Below, piece by piece: positions 38,322 through 47,342 of a stretch of 64,000 nt of DNA. Made by a program: the position numbers and the translations under genes. Every line of letters starts with the position of its first letter. Within the stretch, counting starts at the first letter, position 1. The stretch comes from Planctomycetia bacterium TMED53 (GTDB taxonomy: Bacteria; Planctomycetota; UBA8108; UBA1146), in NCBI GenBank assembly GCA_002167285.1, contig NHDG01000117.1:2188-66187 (forward strand), in the 5' to 3' direction. The notes below the pieces were generated by a model, which was not told the DNA's origin, made no database searches, and saw only the letters and a list, made by a program, of their open reading frames with translations.

Positions 38322-38387
38322 GGGGCCTCCGGTGGCTCGAACCTGGGGATCACGCAATCCGGGTTCTGCCATCCTTCCGGAGGCCCC
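38322..38387 (-). terminator. Terminator-like structure after the gspJ-like gene
   Basis: An 11-bp GC-rich stem, GGGGCCTCCGG / CCGGAGGCCCC (38377-38387 pairs with 38322-38332), encloses 44 nt. On the minus strand it is followed by GGTTTTCGTTT. The large loop makes this atypical. Confidence 0.4.
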
Positions 38388-38398
38388 TCACAAATCGA

Positions 38399-39301
38399 TT
38401 AAAAGTCTCCCAACAACCCTTCTGCCAGCTCCGCTTCAGGATCGGGAAGCAGCACCTGATCCGTGACGATCAGCGGGATCACCGTCGAGAAAACTTCTAC
38501 TAACGGTTCCCCGGAAGGATCGAGGATGCGCCCACGTTCATCGCCGTAGTGCAGGTAGAGCACCACTTGGACCGCTCGGGGGATCGGGATCGGCAGCGGC
38601 TCCTCGGGAATCGGTTCACCGGTTGCGGGGTCGATGTTGTCCGCAGAAGCCGCATTGGAGGCTGCAGCTGCAGCCGCCGCGGGGTCATCGGCAGCAAGAG
38701 CGGCCTCTTCTGCTTCGAGCCGTTCCTCTTCATCAAGGAAGGGGAAGTCGCTCTCATTCACTTCAGGAAGTAGCGAGCTGGAGTCCCAATCGCCGACCCA
38801 GTTATTTTCTGCATCGAGAAAAAGGAAATCCATCGCCTTCATGCGATCGTAGATGGCGGTGCGTTCCCCTGTGTCGAGGGGGTCCAATTCCATATCCCAC
38901 GCGACCCTACGAAAGAGGATGAAATCTCCATCCTTACCGGGTCGTAGTGCGTAGCCGACGGAGCTGACTTCACCGGTCCAGCTGGAAATCGTTTCTTCCG
39001 GTTCGGGGACTGGTGAAGTAGTGAGGAAGTCGATGGTGTCTTCGGCGTTCTCTTCTTCACCACGGCTTTCACCGCGGAAGATTTCCTCACCAAAGCCACG
39101 CCAGATCGTGCCTTGGAGGTCACGGCGCATCTGATTGAGAATCGCTTCACCAACTTTGCCGGTGAGGGTTGCTTCATGAACCCGGCGATCCGCTTCGATG
39201 GTGGTTTCCAAAATTGTGTAACTCGCCAGCATGACGAGCCCGAAGATTCCGAGCACGACGACCAACTCGATGAGGGTGAATCCGTCTGATTTTTGATGCA
39301 T
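38399..39301 (-). CDS. GspJ-like minor pseudopilin
   Basis: Prepilin-type N-terminus (SDGFTLIELVVVLGIFGLVMLA), 300 aa, last gene of the pseudopilin run, with an acidic/Ala-rich C-terminal insertion. Confidence 0.55.
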   Translation of the reverse strand: MHQKSDGFTLIELVVVLGIFGLVMLASYTILETTIEADRRVHEATLTGKVGEAILNQMRRDLQGTIWRGFGEEIFRGESRGEEENAEDTIDFLTTSPVPEPEETISSWTGEVSSVGYALRPGKDGDFILFRRVAWDMELDPLDTGERTAIYDRMKAMDFLFLDAENNWVGDWDSSSLLPEVNESDFPFLDEEERLEAEEAALAADDPAAAAAAASNAASADNIDPATGEPIPEEPLPIPIPRAVQVVLYLHYGDERGRILDPSGEPLVEVFSTVIPLIVTDQVLLPDPEAELAEGLLGDF

Positions 39302-39792
39302 CAGAATTCTCCTTCACCGGTCATGTCGATCAATTGACCTGCGTAGTCGTAAAGGGCATCCCCCTCTTGTGTAAGAACACGCGTGGAGAGGGTGACCGAT
39401 TCGATTTCTTCGGTATCGCGGCCGGATCCTTGGCCGCTGTAAACGGATGGGTATTCGAGAGTCAGGGTGACCATCAGCGTCCGGGGGCCGATGTCAGTGG
39501 TTGATTCGTCGAATATTTCTACATTCCATGTCCAATCACCGACGCTGCTCTTGCCGGGGACTTCCAAATTGCCGGAGGTGTTTTCCGCAAGACCGAAGGC
39601 GACTTCATCCAATTTTTCACGGGCGAGACGATTAACGAGGCGTTGATTGTTGTAATCAAATGCATCGTCGAGGGCTTTGACCCTTAGATCGAGAATCGTC
39701 AGGAACGCACCACTGATGATGGCGACCGCCATCACCAACTCGACGAGGGTGAATCCATGATCGGAGGTGGGTGAATCTTTGAGAGTTACCAT
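39301..39792 (-). CDS. GspI-like minor pseudopilin
   Basis: Prepilin-type N-terminus (DHGFTLVELVMAVAIISGAFLTIL), 163 aa. Its stop abuts the start of the next gene. Confidence 0.55.
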   Translation of the reverse strand: MVTLKDSPTSDHGFTLVELVMAVAIISGAFLTILDLRVKALDDAFDYNNQRLVNRLAREKLDEVAFGLAENTSGNLEVPGKSSVGDWTWNVEIFDESTTDIGPRTLMVTLTLEYPSVYSGQGSGRDTEEIESVTLSTRVLTQEGDALYDYAGQLIDMTGEGEF

Positions 39793-40316
39793 TGTGGAAA
39801 CTCCGCATCATCTCCTGGAATGTAATCGGTGGTTCCCAAGATTGCTTGGAAGTAAACACCGATACTCTGTTCATCCTCGTTACTGAGGATGGCGATGTGG
39901 GATCCGGAGGAGCCATACTTGTCGAGAACGAGATCGACGGTGCCGTACTCATCTCGACTGCCATCCGGATGAATGATGCCAGTGATCTCGACACCATCTG
40001 GCAGTACCTCTGCGCCGAGGCTTTCCCTTTGGTCAAAATCGAGATCTGGGTCTTCATCCGGCTCTGGGGGGAGTAGGATTTCGACAGTGCTGTCTTCCAA
40101 TCGGTATCGCAGCACGTATTCCCTACCAACGCCTCCACCGAGGCTGCGAGCCCACGCGACCGTTTGACCAACAGTTCGAGCAGCAGAACGCAGCTTGTAA
40201 CGGGGAGAGAGATTGTCCAGATTCGGAACCACGACCGTGGCGATGATCCCCAACAGAGCGATCACGACGATCAACTCGATGATGGTGAAGCCAGAGGTGC
40301 GATTCCGGGGAGACAT
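39786..40316 (-). CDS. GspH-like minor pseudopilin
   Basis: Prepilin-type N-terminus (TSGFTIIELIVVIALLGIIATVVVP) followed by LRSAARTVGQTVAWARS, typical of GspH/FimT. Confidence 0.6.
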   Translation of the reverse strand: MSPRNRTSGFTIIELIVVIALLGIIATVVVPNLDNLSPRYKLRSAARTVGQTVAWARSLGGGVGREYVLRYRLEDSTVEILLPPEPDEDPDLDFDQRESLGAEVLPDGVEITGIIHPDGSRDEYGTVDLVLDKYGSSGSHIAILSNEDEQSIGVYFQAILGTTDYIPGDDAEFPQW

Positions 40317-40319
40317 TCT

Positions 40320-40754
40320 CTAGTATCTTCCCTGATTGTTACTGTCATCTGAGTAGAGATCCTGGGCGTAACCCTCGCCTCCTTCAGTCATGTCTTCACC
40401 AAGACTGATGAATACGGGGCGTCCATCGATGATCTCGAAGAAGTAAACCTCGTTGGTCCAGGGATCGAGAGGTTCCGTGTCGAGGTAAGTGTGAGTGAAC
40501 CCGTTGAAGTCCGCGGGGGGATTGATCAACTCATCGATAGAGTCCGGATAACGACCGTGGTCGGTGCGGAACATCTTGCACTGGGTATCGAGTGCTTTGA
40601 AATCCTGTTTGACTTTGGCAACCTTGGCCTGGTCCGTCCTGCCCATGACATTGGGTACGACGAAGGTGGCAAGGATTCCAATAATAGCGATCACCACGAT
40701 CAGTTCGATCAGGGTGAATCCGTCTTCAGGACGATTCCATTTGGAATTTTTCAT
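40320..40754 (-). CDS. gspG: Type II secretion major pseudopilin GspG
   Basis: EDGFTLIELIVVIAIIGILATFVVPNVMGRTDQAKVAKVKQDFKALDTQCKMFRTDHGRYP...DPW motif. ATG 40754 is preceded by the strong SD AGGAGG. Confidence 0.85.
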   Translation of the reverse strand: MKNSKWNRPEDGFTLIELIVVIAIIGILATFVVPNVMGRTDQAKVAKVKQDFKALDTQCKMFRTDHGRYPDSIDELINPPADFNGFTHTYLDTEPLDPWTNEVYFFEIIDGRPVFISLGEDMTEGGEGYAQDLYSDDSNNQGRY

Positions 40755-40804
40755 GATTCCTCCTGTGACTTTCCGGGCCGTTGGCCCTCTCTCTTCTCTA
40801 TGAA

Positions 40805-42019
40805 TCAAGTGTTATTGAACTGCAACAAAGGCAGCAGTACGGCCAGGATGATGAATGACACCACCACGGCGAGGAGCACGATGATGATCGGTTCGATCAT
40901 CGCCGTCAGTTTCTGAATTGAGAGTTCGATCTCTTCTTCGTAGGTTTCTGAGATTCTGTTCAATACAGATTCCAGTTCTCCGCTCTGCTCGCCGACGGCG
41001 ATCATGTATCCGACCATCGGCGGGAAGAGGGGAGATTTTTTCAAAGGTGTGGAGATATCTGCACCTTCGACGATGCGTTCAGCGATCTCGGCGATGGTTT
41101 TTGACATCACCGCGTTGTTGACGACATTGCCGACGATTCTCAGGGAATCCAAGGCTGGCAATCCGCTTCGTAAAAGTGTCGACAAGGTCACGGTGAATCG
41201 CGAAATGGCGGAGCGCTGTAACAATCCGCCCAACACCGGGATCTTGAGCAAAAGTTGATCGTAAGCGAATCGTCCTTTTTCGGTTTTCTTGAGTCCTTCG
41301 AGAAAGAGTAGGAATCCGAGGAGGGCGCCGAGCCCCAATAACCAATAGGCCTTGAAGGCATCGCTGATCATGATCAGCACTTCAGTCGCCCATGGTAGAG
41401 CATTGTCCTTTTGTACCAGCATCTCGGTGATTCTGGGAACGACGAAGGTCATCAGGAAGACGACGACCCCGAGGCCAACCACCATCATGATGGCGGGGTA
41501 GGTCAATGCTGCGGATAGCTTTCCTCTGAGGCTCGCTTGTTTCTGCAGGTACTCAGAAAGGCTGAAGAGAATTTCATCTAGGTTTCCGCTCGCCTCTCCA
41601 GCTCTCACCATATTGATGTAGAGATCGCTGAAGACAGCGGGGTGCAAGCTCATGGCATCTGCAAGGCCGGCACCGGCAACAATCCGCTCGCGAATATCGC
41701 GGAAAACCACCTCGAGGCGTTTCTCTTCGATCTGCTCGACAAGGACGTTGAGCGCTTCTGAGAGGTGCACTCCTGAACCGAGCAATGTTGAAAACTGACG
41801 GGTCAGAATTGCCAGGCTACGGATATCGACTTTCCGCTCGATGCGGTAATTGAAGATGCTCTTCGACTTTTTGTTGACCGTATTAATCCGCTCCATATCC
41901 GTGACACGGAGCTGCTGATGACGCAGCTTGTCACGGGCTTCTCGTGCCGTATCGGCATCGATATTGCCCTTCTGCTGGCGACCTCTTTGGTCGATGGCCT
42001 TGTAGGAGAAGATTGGCAT
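40805..42019 (-). CDS. gspF: Type II secretion inner-membrane platform protein GspF
   Basis: 404 aa with a duplicated T2SSF domain (two cytoplasmic helical domains, three TM segments). Its stop overlaps the longest gspG ORF. Confidence 0.9.
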   Translation of the reverse strand: MPIFSYKAIDQRGRQQKGNIDADTAREARDKLRHQQLRVTDMERINTVNKKSKSIFNYRIERKVDIRSLAILTRQFSTLLGSGVHLSEALNVLVEQIEEKRLEVVFRDIRERIVAGAGLADAMSLHPAVFSDLYINMVRAGEASGNLDEILFSLSEYLQKQASLRGKLSAALTYPAIMMVVGLGVVVFLMTFVVPRITEMLVQKDNALPWATEVLIMISDAFKAYWLLGLGALLGFLLFLEGLKKTEKGRFAYDQLLLKIPVLGGLLQRSAISRFTVTLSTLLRSGLPALDSLRIVGNVVNNAVMSKTIAEIAERIVEGADISTPLKKSPLFPPMVGYMIAVGEQSGELESVLNRISETYEEEIELSIQKLTAMIEPIIIVLLAVVVSFIILAVLLPLLQFNNT

Positions 42020-42038
42020 CTGAAGTCCTTATTATTCC

Positions 42039-43742
42039 TTAGAAGACGTCCATCTGGGTGACTCGTAAAACTTCTTCGACGGTGGTGACTCCCTGAGCCA
42101 CTTTACGTGAACCGTCCATACGGAGAGTGCGTAAGTGTCCACTTTCAACCGCAGTCTGCTTGATCACGGAAGCACTCGTTCGTGAGATGATTTGGTCACG
42201 GATGGTCTCATTCATCGTCAAAATTTCGTAAATAGCTGTTCGGTCGTAGTAACCCCTGCCAAGACAGGAATCACAGCCACGACCGTGGTAGAGCTTACCT
42301 TCCAACAGCTGATCCTTTTCAAGGCCGATGCTTTTCAGCTGGCTAGGCTCTGGTTCGAAGGACTCTTTGCAGCGGGGGCAGATCACTCTGACCAGGCGTT
42401 GGGCGACGACGCCGATCAACGATGAGGAAACCAGGTACGGTTCGACACCGAGGTCGATCATTCGTGTCACCGCACCGGCTGAATCGTTGGTGTGAAGGGT
42501 GGAGAACACCAAGTGTCCGGTGTTCGAAGCCTGCACAGCGATGCCTGCGGTTTCCATGTCGCGGATCTCACCGACCATCATGACATCCGGATCCTGACGC
42601 ATCAGGGTTCGAAGTCCGGAAGCAAAGGTCAGGCCTTTTTTGTTGGAGACCTGAATCTGACTGATGGAATCGATGTTGTATTCGATGGGGTCTTCGATGG
42701 TGATGATGTTCAGTTCTTGGGAGTCCATCTCTGCAAGAGCTGCGTAGAGTGTCGTGGATTTTCCGGAACCGGTAGGTCCCGTCACCAACAGCACTCCGTG
42801 GGAAGAGTTGACCAAACCATCGAGAAGCTCATAGTTGCGGTTATCGAGGCCGATCTCTTCCAAGCGATAGAGGCGCGCGCTTTTATCGAGGAGTCGGAAG
42901 ACGATCCTCTCCCCGTAACTGGTTGGGATCGAGGAGATCCTCAAGTCCAACTCACTATCGCCAATTTTGACAGAGGTTCGTCCGTCTTGGGGAAGTCGTC
43001 TTTCGGCGATATCCATCTTGCCGATCACCTTCACCCTGGAGACGAGTGCTTCCTGGATCTTCTTTGGAATCACCTTGGTGTCGTAAAGGATGCCGTCGAT
43101 GCGGTATCGAACTTGCAGTCGATCCGCAAAGGGTTGCAGGTGAATATCTGAAGCACGATTTTTTTGTGCCTCAAACAGGATGGTGTTCATCAGTTTGATG
43201 ATCGGCGCCTTGTTGGCGATATCGAGAACGTCTTCGGTTTCGTCGATTTCAGCTGCGATACCAATCAGGTCGTCATCTTCGATACCCTCCAGCAGTTCAT
43301 CCACATCTGCGCTCGACTTTTGGTAAGCGCGATTGATGAGCGCGGTGATTTGGGCCCGAGTCGATACCACCGGTTCGATGACCAGGCCGACTTTTGCCGA
43401 GAGGTCGTCCATCGGCTGAACATCGAGGGGGTCACACGTTGCTACGATGAGAGTTCCTGGCTCTTCACCGACGGCGATCAAGTTGTAGGTCCTCGCAAAT
43501 TGAGCGGGAACACTATTGACGAACATGTCTGGGGTACTGAAATCCTCCAGATCTTCAATGTAATTGAGATGAAGTTGTGCGGAGAGGGCTTTCAGGAAGT
43601 CCTCTTCCGAGACGTATCCCTTTTCCCGCAAGACCTTGTCGATGGGCTTGCCGGTGGTGCGTTCCTCTTCCTGGCACTCATGTAGTTGATCTTGGTTCAG
43701 GAGTCCGTCTTCGATCAGTCCGTTGAAGATCGAATGAATCAT
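42039..43742 (-). CDS. gspE: Type II secretion ATPase GspE
   Basis: Walker A GPTGSGKST, Asp box/Walker B (MMVGEIRD), His box (LVFSTLHTND), a tetracysteine motif (CPRC...CDSC) and an N-terminal T2SSE_N domain. Confidence 0.95.
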   Translation of the reverse strand: MIHSIFNGLIEDGLLNQDQLHECQEEERTTGKPIDKVLREKGYVSEEDFLKALSAQLHLNYIEDLEDFSTPDMFVNSVPAQFARTYNLIAVGEEPGTLIVATCDPLDVQPMDDLSAKVGLVIEPVVSTRAQITALINRAYQKSSADVDELLEGIEDDDLIGIAAEIDETEDVLDIANKAPIIKLMNTILFEAQKNRASDIHLQPFADRLQVRYRIDGILYDTKVIPKKIQEALVSRVKVIGKMDIAERRLPQDGRTSVKIGDSELDLRISSIPTSYGERIVFRLLDKSARLYRLEEIGLDNRNYELLDGLVNSSHGVLLVTGPTGSGKSTTLYAALAEMDSQELNIITIEDPIEYNIDSISQIQVSNKKGLTFASGLRTLMRQDPDVMMVGEIRDMETAGIAVQASNTGHLVFSTLHTNDSAGAVTRMIDLGVEPYLVSSSLIGVVAQRLVRVICPRCKESFEPEPSQLKSIGLEKDQLLEGKLYHGRGCDSCLGRGYYDRTAIYEILTMNETIRDQIISRTSASVIKQTAVESGHLRTLRMDGSRKVAQGVTTVEEVLRVTQMDVF

Positions 43743-46069
43743 GGCTGCATCTCTTCCTTGGTGGCATCCTCGACGGAGATCTCGTCTTTCTGTGCTGCAT
43801 CGCGCGGATTATTGGGATCAGTGAATTGTTGCAGACGAATATCGTCGTCGAATGAACGGACTCCCTTGATGGCGTCCTTGGTGAAGTTGCCAAGGCCGTT
43901 GTAGTTGGAGTCATCCATGATGTGTGCACTAAGGAAGACGTATAGATTGTCGCGGGCGGTGCTGGAGGCCTTCGACTGGAACAATGGGCCGAGGAAAGGT
44001 AGATCTCCGAGGAAGGGGACCTTGCTTGCGACCTCGGCTTGCGCCATCTGTGCCAACCCACCGATGATGAACATGCCGCCGTCGGGGATCGTCACTTTAC
44101 TACTGACCACGTTGGTGGAACGATCGGGAAGTGCTCCGGAGTCGTTAGCGGCAACCGCAAAGGATGACACTTCCAACTGAAGTTCAAGGAGTACGACTTC
44201 GCTAGAGATCGTTGGCACCAGATTGAGAGTGATTCCCGCAGACTCTGATTGCTGACTTGTCGTCACGTTGATGTTTGAGGTACTCGACGTGGTATAGAAG
44301 ATCTCGTTGGTCACCGAGATGGAGTTCTCCTGGTTGTCGTCTGCGAGGATGAATGGGGTGGCCAGAATGTTACTGTCGTTATCCTCTTTCAAAGCTCTGA
44401 TGATTAATGGGAATTGCCCGTCCTGTTGGATGATCCCACCGAGTCCATTGGAGACACCTGGAGTTCTCGAAAGTCCGGTGATGACTCCATTCGGATCGAG
44501 GGCGGGGGTCACCGTACTCGCTCCGAATGAGCTGAGCAGGATTCCTGCAAGGTTTTGATCGTCGAGATTTCCGGCGAGGAACTCGAGAGTGTAATTCAGG
44601 CTCGAAGAATCTTTAACCTGAACGAGGGCGACTTCGAGGAACACCTGGCGACGACGTTGGTCGATCTGCTTGAGGATGTTCTCGATTTCTTCGTACTCCT
44701 CCGGTTCCGCCTGGATGATCAGTGAGTTGGTTTGCTCGTGGGGGACGATCCTGGTCGGAGTGAACTGTTGCTGAGTCTGAACTCCACCGGTGTTTCCTGC
44801 TCCGGTTCTGTTTCTGGTGTTCGTTCTAGAGGTGTTTGTCCGACGAAGAGAACCTTCAGATCCTTCCACCAACTGGCGGATGTTGTCGGCGAGTTCTTCA
44901 GCTTTCAGGTAATTGACTTTGTAGATCCAAGTCGTGTTTCTGACGTTACGAACCTTGGTATCGAGCTCATCGATGAGCTGGTGTACCAGATCCAATTCGT
45001 CGGGGTCAGTGGACTGAATGATGATTTTTTGTGTGCGGTCATCAGGGATGAGACGGGTCGATTCACCCGCGAGGGTTCCAGAGGAGAAGCTCCTGTTGGT
45101 TTGTCCCCGGGCTCCTCCCTGGGCGGGGGTCGGTGTCGTTCGTCTTCCGGTCGAGCCGGTGGGACTGAATTCACTGAGCGCCTCTGTGACGATTTGCACG
45201 ATACTTTGGGCGTCGGCGTAGAAGAGTTCGCGAATCGTTAGCGATTGCTCAGGTCCGGTGACTTCGACGTCGATGTACTTCACGATTCGTTGGATGTGTT
45301 CCAGGACTCGCATCTTGGCACGGATCAACATCGTCTCGTTCTCCGGAACGGTGACGATCTTGACGCTGCCTGAAGCATTTCCTGCTCCTGCGATGCCGAG
45401 AAGTTCCTGCAAGGCGGTACGAACTACCTGAGCAGTGGTGAAATCCAACTGTAAAACGAGGGTCGCCAATTCTTCTCCGGGTGCGGTGATCGCTTCTTCA
45501 TCGTCGGCAACGTAGATGGGGCTAACCGGATCGACGGGGGCGGATTGTCCTCCCCTGGGAGAAGCTGAGCGAACATTGACCGCTATCGTTCCATCTTCCA
45601 GTTCACTTTCCCACAACTCGTAACCATTGGTTTCCAAGATCGCCTTGATGACCGGATAGGTCAGTGGGTCCACATCGCCGATCACATCGACGGTGGTGTC
45701 TTCGGCGAAGGCGACGTCATTCGCCGCCGAAGGGTAGTTGACGAACTTACCGGTGGTTCGCTGGATGAAACGCAGCAGACTAAGCACGGGGAAGGAACCT
45801 TCCTCCATGCGATAGACCTCCGCATTATCCACCTCTTCGATTGCGCCGGCGGCTTCCTCTTCGACGGGAGCCGCGTCATCTCCATCTTGGGCACTTGCGA
45901 CGGAACCGAGTCCCGGTGTCAGTACCAAGAGAAGCAGGCTCAGTAGCAGCAGACCAGCTGGTCTGAACTCTCCAAGCCTCTCCGGCATGGGGGTATGGTC
46001 GGTCTCATCGAAGGAGACCGGGCGATTCATCTGAGGCATTGCTGTGTACCCTCTCAACTTGGGGTTCAT
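43739..46069 (-). CDS. gspD: Type II secretion secretin GspD
   Basis: Repeated Secretin_N modules (..TNSLIIQAEPEEYEEIENILKQIDQRR) and a C-terminal secretin core (VTIPDGGMFIIGGL..KVPFLGDLPFLGPLFQSK). Start uncertain: ATG 46069 has SD GAGAGG, and TTG 46192 and ATG 45988 are alternatives. Confidence 0.85.
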   Translation of the reverse strand: MNPKLRGYTAMPQMNRPVSFDETDHTPMPERLGEFRPAGLLLLSLLLLVLTPGLGSVASAQDGDDAAPVEEEAAGAIEEVDNAEVYRMEEGSFPVLSLLRFIQRTTGKFVNYPSAANDVAFAEDTTVDVIGDVDPLTYPVIKAILETNGYELWESELEDGTIAVNVRSASPRGGQSAPVDPVSPIYVADDEEAITAPGEELATLVLQLDFTTAQVVRTALQELLGIAGAGNASGSVKIVTVPENETMLIRAKMRVLEHIQRIVKYIDVEVTGPEQSLTIRELFYADAQSIVQIVTEALSEFSPTGSTGRRTTPTPAQGGARGQTNRSFSSGTLAGESTRLIPDDRTQKIIIQSTDPDELDLVHQLIDELDTKVRNVRNTTWIYKVNYLKAEELADNIRQLVEGSEGSLRRTNTSRTNTRNRTGAGNTGGVQTQQQFTPTRIVPHEQTNSLIIQAEPEEYEEIENILKQIDQRRRQVFLEVALVQVKDSSSLNYTLEFLAGNLDDQNLAGILLSSFGASTVTPALDPNGVITGLSRTPGVSNGLGGIIQQDGQFPLIIRALKEDNDSNILATPFILADDNQENSISVTNEIFYTTSSTSNINVTTSQQSESAGITLNLVPTISSEVVLLELQLEVSSFAVAANDSGALPDRSTNVVSSKVTIPDGGMFIIGGLAQMAQAEVASKVPFLGDLPFLGPLFQSKASSTARDNLYVFLSAHIMDDSNYNGLGNFTKDAIKGVRSFDDDIRLQQFTDPNNPRDAAQKDEISVEDATKEEMQP

Positions 46070-46243
46070 GGCATTTCCTCTCTCTTCATCGGCCGGTAGG
46101 CGATCGGCCTTGGGACTTTTCGGGACATTTTTCCTGATCTTGTGTTCGGCGATCCGACGACAGGGTCGAGACTTGCTCTCTCCTGCCGCCAAATGCAGCG
46201 AAACTCGCTGCAGGGATGGAATCCGCCGTTCCCCTTCATTTTA

Positions 46244-46259
46244 AGCAAATCAAATGCCC
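46244..46259 (-). promoter_or_regulatory. Candidate sigma54 (-24/-12) promoter upstream of gspD
   Basis: The minus strand reads GGGCAT-TTGAT-TTGCT, with GG at 46258/46257 and GC at 46246/46245, i.e. canonical spacing. Only the first T of the consensus differs. Confidence 0.55.
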
Positions 46260-46426
46260 GTCCATGGCAACTGGGCAAGTTATCCAACTTTATTTAAATA
46301 AAGGGGTTACGTGATTCCGGTAACCTATTCCTGGTGGCCAATTATCTGATCTGGGGTGTGAAGTGTTGTGAAATCGAACATCTTTGCCAGGAGGGGTTTT
46401 CGTGACGATGCTGGATTATCGGAGGT

Positions 46427-47200
46427 TCAGGGGCGAGATCGATCCAGATCTTGAAGCATCTTTTGAGCTTCTTTCCAAAGGTGTTCGGGGATCCTGATCA
46501 GCAAAGAGTTGGTGGGCTCGTTGACGACGACGTGAATTCCCTGGCCCCCTCGATCCTCCCAGCGCTGCTCCAGCAGTTCAGCCAGCAATGGGGCTCTCAT
46601 AAATTGGGCCTTCCAAATCTTCAGTGCGGGTCGATCTTGGTTCGGTGGGGGGCGTTGGTCTTTTTCGCGAATCAGTCGGAGATAGTGATTCAAGCGCGCG
46701 TTGGAAGCGCAGTTTAGAACGATGCTATTTGTCCGAGGTGAAGGGACGAAGTTGCTGTAACGGTCGAGTGGATCGAGGTTTTTTTCCTTGGAGCGAGCTT
46801 CTGAGCGCAACAGGTCAACCGCTTCTTCCGGATCGAGATGTTCGAGTTGAATCACTTCGATGATGGGCTTTGGACGTGGTGGATCAGCCAGAGGATTGTA
46901 CGTGATCCAGTAAGCTCTTGGTTGATCAGCGGAGCCAACGGGTTTGAGGAAAAGACCAGAGTTGTTGAGAAGTGCTTCCAAGAGCTGAAAATTCTGGTGA
47001 TTCAATGTGAATGGTTTGAGTAAGTTCACAGGTGTGTTGCCCATTTTATCTTCAGCGTAGACGAGCGGGGCATCTGAAAGTAATGCCCAGCCTCTCAGCA
47101 GAGAGGCCGCGGGAAGATAACCCTTGGGCAGAACATCACCGGGTTCGGTAGGTAGCGGCAGCAGCAGAAATGCAGAGAGGCAAATTCCCAAGGTATTCAC
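46427..47200 (-). CDS. Secreted protein with Secretin_N-like repeats (free-standing secretin N-domain protein)
   Basis: Signal peptide MNTLGICLSAFLLLPLP. There are two segments shaped like secretin N-domains (IEVIQLEHLDPEEAVDLLR...RTNSIVLNCASNARLNHYLRLIREKD; LKIWKAQFMRAPLLAELLE...PTNSLLIRIPEHLWKEAQKMLQDLD). GTG start. Confidence 0.45.
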   Translation of the reverse strand: MNTLGICLSAFLLLPLPTEPGDVLPKGYLPAASLLRGWALLSDAPLVYAEDKMGNTPVNLLKPFTLNHQNFQLLEALLNNSGLFLKPVGSADQPRAYWITYNPLADPPRPKPIIEVIQLEHLDPEEAVDLLRSEARSKEKNLDPLDRYSNFVPSPRTNSIVLNCASNARLNHYLRLIREKDQRPPPNQDRPALKIWKAQFMRAPLLAELLEQRWEDRGGQGIHVVVNEPTNSLLIRIPEHLWKEAQKMLQDLDRSRP

Positions 47201-47342
47201 GAAGGTGAATCTCCATTCTGAAAGCCCTCATCCAGCACACCGATCCGATTCAGGTTCTGAGGATTGATGATCGGTAAATACGTTCGTACCGACGTGGCAT
47301 TGTCCTCAGCAGAAACGGGGAAATTCCTCAACAAGTTCCACA

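Noticed and set aside
38322-38387. Possible tRNA or tRNA fragment, because of the GGTTCGAGCC T-loop-like sequence.
   Set aside because: It is only 66 nt with an 11-bp closing stem. No D-arm or anticodon arm can be drawn, and the flanks of the T-loop-like sequence do not pair as a T-stem.
46374-46389. Sigma54-like sequence TGGCAA-AGATG-TTCGA on the minus strand upstream of gspD.
   Set aside because: The -12 element reads CG instead of the near-invariant GC. A better-spaced candidate exists at 46244..46259.
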